Assembly (NCBI GenBank): GCA_002245135.1
Contig: NGBS01000589.1
Coordinates: forward strand, 1 to 64,000
Source: Proteromonas lacertae
Taxonomy: Eukaryota
Direction of reading: 5' to 3'
DNA: 64,000 nucleotides
The position numbers and the translations under genes are program-made. The notes below the pieces were generated by a model. That model ran no database searches and was not told the origin of the DNA. It saw nothing but the letters and a program-made list of their open reading frames with translations. Below, piece by piece: positions 11,142-23,800 of the stretch; position 1 is the stretch's first letter; every line of letters starts with the position of its first letter.

Positions 11142-13790
11142 ATGAATCATGTAAGTATTGAAAATGGATTTGTAAAAATCCTATATAAATTAAATAAAGA
11201 TTCAACTCATTCCATTGTTGATGGAAGAAAAAAGGATTTGAAGAGAATATGCAACAAATATCCACCGTTGGATTCTTTTTCACCTATATCAGAATCAATT
11301 TTTATGTTTAAATTTAAATCGGTTGATGATTTATATTTCTTAATTCATGTGTATGCAGAGCAGTACAATATTAAAATTGAAGCTAAAAGACAAGATCAAG
11401 CTTCAAATAAGAAAATTACATTTAAATGTCATTATAGTGGATGTTCTTTTCGTGTAATCGCTCATTACAATCGTTATTTTGTACAAGTTAAATTATATCC
11501 ACATAATCATCCACTTATTAGGTTAAAAAATTACAAAATAATAAATATATTAACAAATGAAATAAAAGATTTAGTGGAAAGTTTGGTTCGCAATATTAAA
11601 TCGTCATCTCCAGAAATAATTAAGGTAGTGAAGGAAAATTATAATGTAAGTGAAAGTGTATTGAAGAAAATTGAATATGTAATTAGGAGAATAAAAGGCG
11701 AAATGAGAAATGAAATAGATGGTCTATATAATCTATATAATATCATCAAAGATAAATATACATACTACGAGAATAAGAATGCTTTATTGGTTATATTAGA
11801 TAAAAGAATACTCTATACCTATAATACTCTTTTGGCGGATGGGACTTTTGGGGTATTCTTAAATAATAATCAATTGTATCTAGTTTACTCCCAAATTTCC
11901 CCTAAATTGATACTTTTAGTGGCTTTTGCCATAACTAATAAAAGGGATAAAGATACTTACACTTTCATCTATCAACATTTAAATCAGTATAATAATATAA
12001 AATATATAATTCACGATCATGAAGCAGCTGTTGTATATTCATTAAAATCTTTAGGAATTAAATTTGTGAATGACATATATCATCTTTTTATATATATTAA
12101 AGATGAAAGAATAAAAAAGATATTGTATAAATTTATTAAACATCCCCAATGTAGAGATGAAATACTTAAAAATATAAATGAAAACGACCAGAAATACTTC
12201 AACAAGGAGGGGGTAATGGAGTTTGGAATTTTTGGATGTCACTCCACTAGTATGTTGGAATCGTACAACAACATCATAAAGAATAAATTGAAAAAAAGAA
12301 GATCAAGAGAAGATACAGTACTAATAGCTATTGAAGATATATACCAAACACAAAAACGAAGAATAGAAGAAACAATATCTATTCAGAATATAAATAAAAA
12401 TACTAATGATGATATTCTATGGCCTGAATGCAACGAAAATTTACAAAAACAGTTGATTTTATTAGCTACTGAAAACTATGAAGTATATAATAATAATAAT
12501 ATTTATATTATTAATAATACATATACTGTTACCTTAAATGATAATCTATTATTCTGTTCATGCCATTACAGGGAATTTACTGGTATTCCCTGTAGTCACA
12601 TGATTTATATAAATATCAAATACGATATGCATAAAACATTAATAGCAAATGAATGTTTTACTTCTTTCTATTTAGATAATAAACAAAAAACTGATTATTA
12701 TATAAATTTCATTTATCCTAAAGAAATAGAAAATATAACAAATACTACAGAAGATGATGATGATAGAAGTGATGATGCAGTTGATGATTCAGTTGAGTTA
12801 TGTGATAAGCCTATTAACTCTAATAATATTACTTATACTGATAGCTATAAAAAAATACTAGCTATTGTACAAAAGATTTATAAGTCAACAATGCTGGAAG
12901 ATATTTGTCAAGAAACTATAGAATCTGTAAATGATAAATTGATATCATCTTTACGTAATGAATTGGACAACAATAGTTATATGTACTTTTTGCAAAACAA
13001 ATATAATACATTAAATCATTCTATAAAAATAAAGATTATAACATATATATACCTACTTTCATCACCAGCAACAATTATAAATGATACTATATTAAATTAC
13101 ATAAATAATGAAATCACCAGAAGAACCATTAAAATTCCTCCAAGAGTTAAATCTCCATCAGAGTCATATAAACCTAAAAAAAGAATTAATAAAAATTCAA
13201 TATTAATAGAAAATGAATGTTCTACTTCCGTTTTTGTGGATAACAAAAAACAAATTAATGATACATCTGTTGTTCCTAATAACAAAGCTATAATATTAAA
13301 TAATTTTATACAATTTCAAAATATACAACTTACTGTAACTAATTTTAATAAAATTATGCACATATTTAAAGTTGACGAGGTTATGGATCCCTATATATTT
13401 TACAGTTCTATTAAAATAAATATAAACAAATATACATATATACCAATTTGTTACAAAAATCACTGGAGTGTCTTGATCAACAGGAATAGAAACAAAATAA
13501 CCCATTTTGATAGTACTGGTAATCATTTAATTGATGATACATCTGATTTTATCTACAAAAAATTAAACATACAATATACAAATATTAATAAGTATAATTT
13601 GAGCTGTCAATACAGCGATTTCTGTTGTGGTTATTTTGTAATATATATAATATTGTCACTAATGCTCAATGATTCAATACAAGTACTGAAGGATAATGAA
13701 GTTTTAGAATTATTGAAGAATAAAATTATCAATTTATATAACGAGGATTCTGATAGGATAATTAAAATAATCTGTGAAAAATATGTATAA
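11142..13790 (+). CDS. MULE transposase with WRKY/FAR1-type Zn finger, DDE core, SWIM finger and C-terminal Ulp1 (C48) protease
   Basis: FKCHYSGCSF..HNH; LLADGTF (D); IIHDHEAA (D); DIYH (C/DxxH); TSMLESYNNIIK (E); CSC..FTGIPCSH (SWIM); YIPICYKNHW..HFDS..CQYSDFCCGYFV (Ulp1 H/D/Q/C); 882 aa uninterrupted. Confidence 0.92.
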   Translation: MNHVSIENGFVKILYKLNKDSTHSIVDGRKKDLKRICNKYPPLDSFSPISESIFMFKFKSVDDLYFLIHVYAEQYNIKIEAKRQDQASNKKITFKCHYSGCSFRVIAHYNRYFVQVKLYPHNHPLIRLKNYKIINILTNEIKDLVESLVRNIKSSSPEIIKVVKENYNVSESVLKKIEYVIRRIKGEMRNEIDGLYNLYNIIKDKYTYYENKNALLVILDKRILYTYNTLLADGTFGVFLNNNQLYLVYSQISPKLILLVAFAITNKRDKDTYTFIYQHLNQYNNIKYIIHDHEAAVVYSLKSLGIKFVNDIYHLFIYIKDERIKKILYKFIKHPQCRDEILKNINENDQKYFNKEGVMEFGIFGCHSTSMLESYNNIIKNKLKKRRSREDTVLIAIEDIYQTQKRRIEETISIQNINKNTNDDILWPECNENLQKQLILLATENYEVYNNNNIYIINNTYTVTLNDNLLFCSCHYREFTGIPCSHMIYINIKYDMHKTLIANECFTSFYLDNKQKTDYYINFIYPKEIENITNTTEDDDDRSDDAVDDSVELCDKPINSNNITYTDSYKKILAIVQKIYKSTMLEDICQETIESVNDKLISSLRNELDNNSYMYFLQNKYNTLNHSIKIKIITYIYLLSSPATIINDTILNYINNEITRRTIKIPPRVKSPSESYKPKKRINKNSILIENECSTSVFVDNKKQINDTSVVPNNKAIILNNFIQFQNIQLTVTNFNKIMHIFKVDEVMDPYIFYSSIKININKYTYIPICYKNHWSVLINRNRNKITHFDSTGNHLIDDTSDFIYKKLNIQYTNINKYNLSCQYSDFCCGYFVIYIILSLMLNDSIQVLKDNEVLELLKNKIINLYNEDSDRIIKIICEKYV

Positions 13791-14563
13791 CACTTTCATT
13801 ATGTTATTATTTTGTTGATTGATTTCTATATTATTCATTTACCATCGAATATATATTCATTTTTTCAATATCCTCTACAATAAAGAGTATTTTCATACTT
13901 ATATTCACTAAACTTGCTAATCTCCTATACTATTTCATGGTTTTTTACTATTGAAGAATTCCTTAAATGTTTGTTGTAATTTTATAATACGAGATAAAAC
14001 ACCTACTATTACAAAACGTTTCATTTATACCAAAATAATACATTTTAAATGGATGATGAAAACAGCTATGCTATGGTTATTTACTTCCTTCTAAATCTTA
14101 TACAAATTGAAATAATTCAGGCTTCTCTTCTTATTTAACATTACACACTATCCATAAATACAAAAGTCACACAATTTGGTAATTTTTATAAATTCTAGTT
14201 CTTGCATCTATGCATTAATTCTACAACGAAATTACACATATTGACAATTATTCTTGCTTAAATCTATTTATTAATCAATTACTATAATTCTTCCCTAATT
14301 TACTTGTGTATGTCAACTAAGATATTTATAAAATTTTGATATTTTGACTATCACAATTATCTTCCATTATAACAGTCCTGCAGCCTAATGATTAAAATGT
14401 GATGTTCTTCTTATTAAAAAGTATCAATAATCTAAATAAAAAAAATAAATCAGAAGAAATACTTAATTTCATAACTGGTGTAGTAAAGCATTAATACTAA
14501 TCTTATAAAATAAATTGATAAATGTCATTTAAAATGTCAGATTTACTAAGACTATAAAAGAAA

Positions 14564-16998
14564 TAAACTGATAGTTAAAAATGGTTATTGTATAATGTAT
14601 ATATAATTGAGTATAATATATAGAATGAAATGAGTACAAAATCGAAGATTAGAAAGAATTATGTTAGTTTGTTCTAAATCGAAGTAAACTGATAGTTAAA
14701 AATGGTTATTGTATAATGTATATATAATTGAGTATAATATATAGAATGAAATGAGTACAAAATCGAAGATTAGAAAGAATTATGTTAGTTTGTTCTAAAT
14801 CGAAGTAAACTGATAGTTAAAAATGGTTATTGTATAATGTATATATAATTGAGTATAATATATAGAATGAAATGAGTACAAAATCGAAGATTAGAAAGAA
14901 TTATGTTAGTTTGTTCTAAATCGAAGTAAACTGATAGTTAAAAATGGTTATTGTATAATGTATATATAATTGAGTATAATATATAGAATGAAATGAGTAC
15001 AAAATCGAAGATTAGAAAGAATTATGTTAGTTTGTTCTAAATCGAAGTAAATTGATAGTTAAAAATGGTTATTGTATAATGTATATATAATTGAGTATAA
15101 TATATAGAATGAAATGAGTACAAAATCGAAGATTAGAAAGAATTATGTTAGTTTGTTCTAAATCGAAGTAAACTGATAGTTAAAAATGGTTATTGTATAA
15201 TGTATATATAATTGAGTATAATATATAGAATGAAATGAGTACAAAATCGAAGATTAGAAAGAATTATGTTAGTTTGTTCTAAATCGAAGTAAATTGATAG
15301 TTAAAAATGGTTATTGTATAATGTATATATAATTGAGTATAATATATAGAATGAAATGAGTACAAAATCGAAGATTAGAAAGAATTATGTTAGTTTGTTC
15401 TAAATCGAAGTAAACTGATAGTTAAAAATGGTTATTGTATAATGTATATATAATTGAGTATAATATATAGAATGAAATGAGTACAAAATCGAAGATTAGA
15501 AAGAATTATGTTAGTTTGTTCTAAATCGAAGTAAACTGATAGTTAAAAATGGTTATTGTATAATGTATATATAATTGAGTATAATATATAGAATGAAATG
15601 AGTACAAAATCGAAGATTAGAAAGAATTATGTTAGTTTGTTCTAAATCGAAGTAAATTGATAGTTAAAAATGGTTATTGTATAATGTATATATAATTGAG
15701 TATAATATATAGAATGAAATGAGTACAAAATCGAAGATTAGAAAGAATTATGTTAGTTTGTTCTAAATCGAAGTAAATTGATAGTTAAAAATGGTTATTG
15801 TATAATGTATATATAATTGAGTATAATATATAGAATGAAATGAGTACAAAATCGAAGATTAGAAAGAATTATGTTAGTTTGTTCTAAATCGAAGTAAATT
15901 GATAGTTAAAAATGGTTATTGTATAATGTATATATAATTGAGTATAATATATAGAATGAAATGAGTACAAAATCGAAGATTAGAAAGAATTATGTTAGTT
16001 TGTTCTAAATCGAAGTAAATTGATAGTTAAAAATGGTTATTGTATAATGTATATATAATTGAGTATAATATATAGAATGAAATGAGTACAAAATCGAAGA
16101 TTAGAAAGAATTATGTTAGTTTGTTCTAAATCGAAGTAAATTGATAGTTAAAAATGGTTATTGTATAATGTATATATAATTGAGTATAATATATAGAATG
16201 AAATGAGTACAAAATCGAAGATTAGAAAGAATTATGTTAGTTTGTTCTAAATCGAAGTAAACTGATAGTTAAAAATGGTTATTGTATAATGTATATATAA
16301 TTGAGTATAATATATAGAATGAAATGAGTACAAAATCGAAGATTAGAAAGAATTATGTTAGTTTGTTCTAAATCGAAGTAAACTGATAGTTAGAAATGGT
16401 TATTGTATAATGTATATATAATTGAGTATAATATATAGAATGAAATGAGTACAAAATCGAAGATTAGAAAGAATTATGTTAGTTTGTTCTAAATCGAAGT
16501 AAACTGATAGTTAAAAATGGTTATTGTATAATGTATATATAATTGAGTATAATATATAGAATGAAATGAGTACAAAATCGAAGATTAGAAAGAATTATGT
16601 TAGTTTGTTCTAAATCGAAGTAAACTGATAGTTAGAAATGGTTATTGTATAATGTATATATAATTGAGTATAATATATAGAATGAAATGAGTACAAAATC
16701 GAAGATTAGAAAGAATTATGTTAGTTTGTTCTAAATCGAAATAAATTGATAGTTAAAAATGGTTATTGTATAATGTATATATAATTGAGTATAATATATA
16801 GAATGAAATGAGTACAAAATCGAAGATTAGAAAGAATTATGTTAGTTTGTTCTAAATCGAAGTAAATTGATAGTTAAAAATGGTTATTGTATAATGTATA
16901 TATAATTGAGTATAATATATAGAATGAAATGAGTACAAAATCGAAGATTAGAAAGAATTATGTTAGTTTGTTCTAAATCGAAATAAATTGATAGTTAA
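14564..16998 (-). repeat. Tandem array, 121-bp unit, ~20 copies (right arm, reverse complement of the left arm)
   Basis: gatagttaaaaatggttattgtataatgtatata... is the reverse complement of the left unit. Confidence 0.97.
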
Positions 16999-18129
16999 TA
17001 TTACGTTGTTATTGAGTATTTCGTAATCTCTTCTAATCTTAACGATCTAGATAATTTCTTGTATTACTTGTATTTTTATAGTTTAAATTAACAAATTAAA
17101 ACTTATACATGTCAAATGATTATTAAAATTGAATATTCTCTTCGCATACAAAGAGCGAGTTCAAAATTTAAATAAATTCAAATTTGATCAAGCCAAAGCT
17201 TGTGTCAATATTTCTTTTTTTGAATTTTCTCTTGAACTATCAAAATAATTAGATTTAAAACTGGAGGTCCAGTGTATACATATTATGTACAATAGATTTA
17301 TGTACAAAATTCTAATGATGTTTCTAATGACTAACATTGATGTTGTCCAAATTCAACACGCATTTCAGAATAGTTTAATTTAATTACAAAAGTCAATGAA
17401 ATTTTAATATTAGCGCTGTAAAGTGGCTGGAAGTACCGAGTTCAAATTTTGAACTCGAGTCCAATTCGCAACTTTCCTAAGAATTTGACCCCTTCTGACG
17501 TCATTTCTGTCTCGAGTTTTCTATCAAACTTTTGAAATGTTTTTCTTGATTTTTCTTATTATATAGTGTTTTTTAAATTACTTTACTATAAATATTAGAA
17601 TTAATAATGAACAATTTACCATTTGATATACATAGAAACTAAAATACAATTAAATCTACCTAAATAGCTAATGTTCATATATTTTATAATTTATAAATGA
17701 AATGTTTATTAAACAATTTATAATTATTTATTTTATATAGCTTATTTTAGTTAACTGCTTCTATTTACTAATTACTTAAATATGAGACTACTGCATATTT
17801 CATTTACTCATATTGGATAAGAACCATTATTAGTTGATTATAAATTTAAGTTAATTCTATTCTAAAGTCATCCTATACAGTCATTTAAAAATATATCCGT
17901 TTCCTTTGATATTTGAATTTAATTTTGAAAATGTAAGTGCTATATATATTATTTATATATTATTCTTATATATTATTATTATATTATAAATTATATACTC
18001 ATGTAATCATATTAATATATTTATTACCTGATTTTAGATTTAATATAACAATCATCCTTACAGTACTTGTTTATCAAATGTTGTATATGGTTTTTATACT
18101 TATTACACTTGATTTTTTGTGATGAGTCA

Positions 18130-20740
18130 TTTTAAACATCGTTATAAGCAGAATATAATTCTAGGTTACAATAATGAGTTTGATAAAGAGTGCATACACT
18201 AGTTATATGATTTTTTAAAGTATTATGGAAATGATATGTCTTACTAGTTTATAAAAGAAGATCCACAAGATTATGAAATTACTGGTTTGTTCGTTAAATT
18301 AAGAAACATAAAAGAAAAAGCAATAATCTATTACAGTGTGAAAGATGAAAAAGTCATAAAAAGATTTGATTATCTTCATACAATTAATTCAAATGATATG
18401 TTTCAAGAAGTGGAGAGAGTAATATGATCTAATATGCTGTTTGTTAAATTAGATGAGATAATAGCTGATTTTGATAGTCCTTCAACAGGAATAGTAGATC
18501 CATCAGTTCCAACCACTACAGCTACAGCAGCACCCCAACAGAAGCTGCTCCAGGAGCAATAACATATTCGATTTATTAGTAATTTCTCAATGTCTTTATT
18601 ATCAAATCATCGAATAATAGAGAATATAAAACTTGCTTATATAGATGGAAGTAGTGAGATGGTAGTAAAAGAAATAATTGAAGTTTCATTTCTTCATTTG
18701 GGAAGTGTAAATGGTGATAATTGTAATGGTAATATATTATACAGTAATGCGATGACATACAGTTTACTTAGTCGAAGTTATCAAAACTTAATGAAAAGTT
18801 ATGAGATAATCACTTCCTTTATAACAAATGAAAGAAATTTAGTATATAAAGGAAGTTATGAAATGAAAGATATAAGCTGCACAGCTGCTTACGATGTAGT
18901 ATCTCAAATCAATACAAATTGTCAAGGAAGTTGTTTAATAATTAGTGTAATAACAATGAATAGTGTGGATTATCCAGTATTGAGTTTCAGTTTAGATGAG
19001 ATAATAATCAATAGTTATTTGAACAGTTATGAAAGTGAAAGTAGTAAATCGTTAAAAGAATCGTTGAAGTTATATATTGATTAACTAATTTTAACATCTA
19101 CAATGTCAATTGGTTATTCAATAATCAAAATATATGTCGATTCAATCAATCCGATAGGTAAAGATGAAACTGAATATAAAAACGATTATACAATAAGTGA
19201 TGAGTTAATAAAAAGTTCAAACAAACGAATAGGTATTTGGCTAAATGAAGAAGATAATGATGTTCGAATTTATTATATTATGAAGCAATATGAGATTTAT
19301 ATAAATTCAAATGATGGCTTTAGAGGTAATTCAATTCAATTATCAATTCTTTATTGTATGAATAATGATGAAGAATTAAGTGAGATGGTGAATAACACAG
19401 AATATGAGATAATAATCAGTAATTGTAATAGAAATATAATTGAAAATCATAAGAATGAGATAGAAGAGAATAATGTGACCATATTTTCAATAAGAAAAGA
19501 AGATTCCAATACATGTGATGATAAAATGTATAAATATATTATTATTGTTATTATTATTATTCTATATTGAATAGAATTCATTCTTCTACTTCTCCATCTC
19601 GAAGAGTCTTGCCAATAGTAGAATATTTGCTATCTAAATCAATATCCAAAATAATCTTAATCTATCCAAAAGGTTTTGAATATGCTTCAGATTATGATTT
19701 ATTAACTAGTTCAATTAATGCATTAGGAGCAACAATATCTAAAGAATATAAAGTGAATGAAACAGATATTAATGACATTATATCAGCAGTTCAAGCAGCA
19801 ATGGCTTCAGTTAGAAAATATATAAATGATGGTGGTTTAATCTTTAATTTATTAGAAACTGAAGCAAGTAATATAATGTATGAGAAACTGTTTAGCATAT
19901 GAGAATAGCTAAGAAATCTCTTCAAAATATCGAATAATCTCCAGAAAGATAGAGAATTTTAAGAAAGTAGATAAGAAATATCGAAAAAGATATGACATCA
20001 TTGTGAAAGTATGTGTTATACATATGATGATAGTTTAATTAGTAAAATAAGAATGTTAATATTTGGAAATGAAAGTATATTATCAGAAAGTGAATCTGTT
20101 GGAATAGCAACAATCGAATATATAAAATCTGATATAAATTCAATCAACTTATTAGAATTTCTTCAATCAAGTTCAATATTTACATCTTTTGGAGATATTT
20201 CAATTGGTTTTGATAATTGCATAAACTTCCCAATGTTTTTATTAACAAGTGTAGATGGTAAAATCGAAGAGAAAGTGATATTATATAAAAAATGGAATAG
20301 TGATACTTATCAAAGCAATTTCAATGAGATTCATTTAAATCGAATAATAATATCTTTAATATTACTATTTCCAAGTACTGGATTATTTGCTTATCGTGGA
20401 GTAGATTTAGTATCAAGTTATTTATCAACAATCGAATATTTAAATGAAGTAGAAAGTGAAAGTGGTTTATTCTATCTACTGAAGATGTTAGAAGTAAAAG
20501 ATCAGTTATTAAGTTATTAAGAATATATTTCATACAGGAATTTCTTTTCCAACAAAATATCCAATAATCTCTTGGATTGGTTCTAATTTAGGTATAAAAG
20601 AACGGCTGACCAAGTTCCAATGATAAACTATAAAATGGAAGATATAGTATCAACATCAAATAGTGAATTAAGTTTGGTTTGGTATAATAATACTAATCAA
20701 ATGAATTATTCTAATCAATTATTATCATGGTTAAATTTGT
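18130..20740 (+). pseudogene. Fragmented gene with periplasmic-binding-protein type 1 (AmiC/UrtA/LivK-like) repeats
   Basis: Chain of same-strand ORF fragments broken by stops and frameshifts. ILLFPSTGLFA..LSTIEYLNE and ILIY..SDY..LGATISKEY..DINDII..GGLIFNLL resemble PBP1 ligand-binding domains (recognised by eye only). Confidence 0.45.
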
Positions 20741-20828
20741 TACCATTTGTTTTTTGTATTGGTGTTTGGTTTTTTACAGATACAATCAAAAACAAGAATC
20801 AAAAACACAAATTAAAAACACCATATAT

Positions 20829-23800
20829 ATGACTGTTTTATTATCTATATATAATATAATATATACTATCTATTTATATAATCTATTTTATACATAATAT
20901 ATAGCTAATTTATCTTTCATATAGGTTATCTGATAAGCACGATATTAGAGATACTCTTGAATATAATCATAAAGCAATCTTTTTTGAGAGTATTGAAGAA
21001 TTAGTGAAAAATAAGAAACGTTCTTCTATTTTTACACAAAAGAAATTTGACGAATACATAAAATGTATTAGAGACTACAAGCATAAAGGTTTTGAATTCA
21101 ATGAAACTGATGGTAAGCTTACATGCAAAGGAAAAGAGATCATAACAATTGATAAAGCTTTTACACTTATTGAGAAATTACATTTGGAGTTTGCTCATCT
21201 TAAATCTGATCCTCTCTTTGATAAGATTCAAGAAATGAATTTATATGGAATAACAAGAAAAGTTGTAGAAATATATGTTAAATTATGCAATGGATGCAAA
21301 GAAACAAAGAAAATAACATTACAGAAACCAGTAAAGCCGATTATATCTCATTATCCTAAAGATCGTGTGGTAATTGATTTAATTGAAATGACAGCATTTA
21401 ATCCACATAAAAAAAGAGGTAAATACAATTATATATTGACAATGATAGATCATTATTCAAATTTTACAATGCTTTACCCACAAAAGACGAAAACAGATAG
21501 AGAAACAGTGAAGAATGTCCAGTCCTATATTAGAATCTTCGGTCCTCCAAGAATAATTCAATCTGATAATGGTGCAGAGTTTAAGAACAAAATGATGAAG
21601 GATTTATTAGAAAAGTACAATATTAAAGAAGTCCACAGCTCTCCAAGACATCCGCAATGCAATGGTAAAGTTGAAAGAATGAATAGATTAGTCAAAGAAA
21701 CAATTACAAGTTATCACAATATTGAACCAAAAGTTTATTGGATAAATTTTATAGAAAGAACAATTGAAAGAATAAACTCATCAAAATGTAGAAGAACAAG
21801 ATGTAAAGCTAGATCATTATTTTTTATGAGTGTTAATGAGATAATGAAACAGAATCCAAAGTTTAAACTTGAAGGAATAGTAGAAGAAGATTATGATGAT
21901 GATAATAATGATGATGATGTTTGTGATTATATTGATGATACTGATAATGAACTTGATGAATTATACTTCGATTATGAAGATAAAGATGATATAGATAACA
22001 ATGAAATGAAGAAAAAGAAAAGAGAAGATGATAATTACAAAAAGAACGAGAAAAAGTTTAAAAAAGAAAATAGCAAGAAGAAAGAAAAAGATGATAATTT
22101 AGATGATAATTTAGATAATAATAGTTTAGAAGAAGACATAGTTGAGAATATAAATGATGATAAAAGTATAGATGAAACACTTTTAGATATTGAGAAGAAT
22201 GAGAAAGAGACAATAGCGAAGAATGAAAAGATAAATAACCATGAAATTAAAGAGTTGAAATCAGTAAAAGATAAGAAGTATATAAAAAATAAAAAGGTCT
22301 ATGAAGATGAAATAGTAGATATTATTAATGAAACTAATGAAGATAATGATGAAGAAGAATCGACAGAAGAGGAAACTGAAAGTAATGAGTTTATTGCTAA
22401 TGTAACAAAGCACTTCAAAGCAGCAAATCAAATATATGATGAAATGAAAACTAGACAATATAAATATAATAATAATATGGTAAATGTTTCCAAAAAGAAA
22501 TTAAAAGGAAAAGAAATAGCTCTTAAAGAGGGAGATGTTGTTGTATATTCTGAAAATAGAAAGAATTATCAAGATAGAAACAAGTTTGCAATAGTTAAAC
22601 AGGATAAGAAGGCGAAGAAAGAAAAGTTATATATAATGTATATTATTATTATATATATATATGTATATATAGAACTGATGATTATAAAACTATTAGAATA
22701 AGACCATCAACGCCTGTACATAAAATACAACTCACAGAGGAAGTAAATGCTGTTACTAAAAGAAAAGCCAGTAAAATATATGTACATATAAATATATATA
22801 CAATATAATATAGATCGATAATACTCCACAAAAGAAGAATAAATATTGTTCAGAATCTGATATTGAAAGAATACACGACATTGTAAGAAATCCTAAGCTT
22901 AATGCTGTTTATGAAACAATAGCTATTCCTTGCAATGATAATATTGAACAAAATCAAGTTGATGAAAGAAAATTAAAATATGTAATAGAATTGATGAATA
23001 GAATAGGTAAAGAACAATTGGATCTTGAAGATTTACAATATTTATTAAAATTATATTATTATAATAATATTTATAAAGATTATGATAATAATTATTTACA
23101 TGATGGAAAGTTTGAAAAGTTTTTAATCAAATCCAATGGCATTTATTACACTATGGTTGTTAACAATAAAAAACAAACAGTTAATATCATAGATCCATCA
23201 GGCGAAGGTAACTATGATGAAGATTTAAAGAAATTATCTACTCATGTTACAAGTACAGATGGAAATGATTATAAAGTAATGTATGATGTCATCGAAGTAA
23301 CCCATCCACAAGCAACAGAAATAATAGCATTAATTACTTTCATGGCAAGTATTAAAAAAACTCAATTTGGATTTATAGACAACGCATTAATGGAAATACT
23401 TTTCAAAGATTATTTAAAAACCTTGGTTAACAATCATTCCAGAATTATAGAGTTAGCATATATAGAAGTTATGCCGATTAAAGAAGATAATGCCAATGAT
23501 CAAAACATCTTGTACGATGAAGTTCAATACAATTCATTAAATTTTTTGGATAAAGTTAGACTCAACTATCAATATAACGATGAAGGAGTAAGATATTATG
23601 GAACAGAAAAGGATTATTTTATTAGAAAAGTAAATGATATAAAGGATGTTTTAGACAAAGATACAATGTTGGATGATGACCAATTCAAGATTCTCCTACA
23701 TTTTATGAATAGTAATAATGATCATGTTGTAGATCCATTACTATTTTATTATCAAGACAAAGCCAAAATCAAAATCAACATAAATGGAATATATTTTTTT

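Larger units (their letters stand above)
6544..16998 (+). mobile_element. Foldback-type Mutator/MULE DNA transposon with tandem-repeat inverted arms
   Basis: Two arrays of the same 121-bp unit in opposite orientation flank a MULE transposase ORF; no TSD or matched outer termini found. Confidence 0.85.

Noticed and set aside
6544..16998. CRISPR array interpretation of the regular repeats
   Set aside because: Units are contiguous and near-identical with no unique spacers; no cas genes; eukaryotic context
6482..17484. CCTAAGAAT at 6482-6490 and 17476-17484 as a 9-bp Mutator TSD
   Set aside because: The sequences just inside are not inverted repeats, and the left copy is part of a hairpin spanning the supposed junction; probably chance
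21004..22701. LTR retrotransposon pol
   Set aside because: No RT, RNase H, aspartic protease, gag or LTRs; the gene has introns
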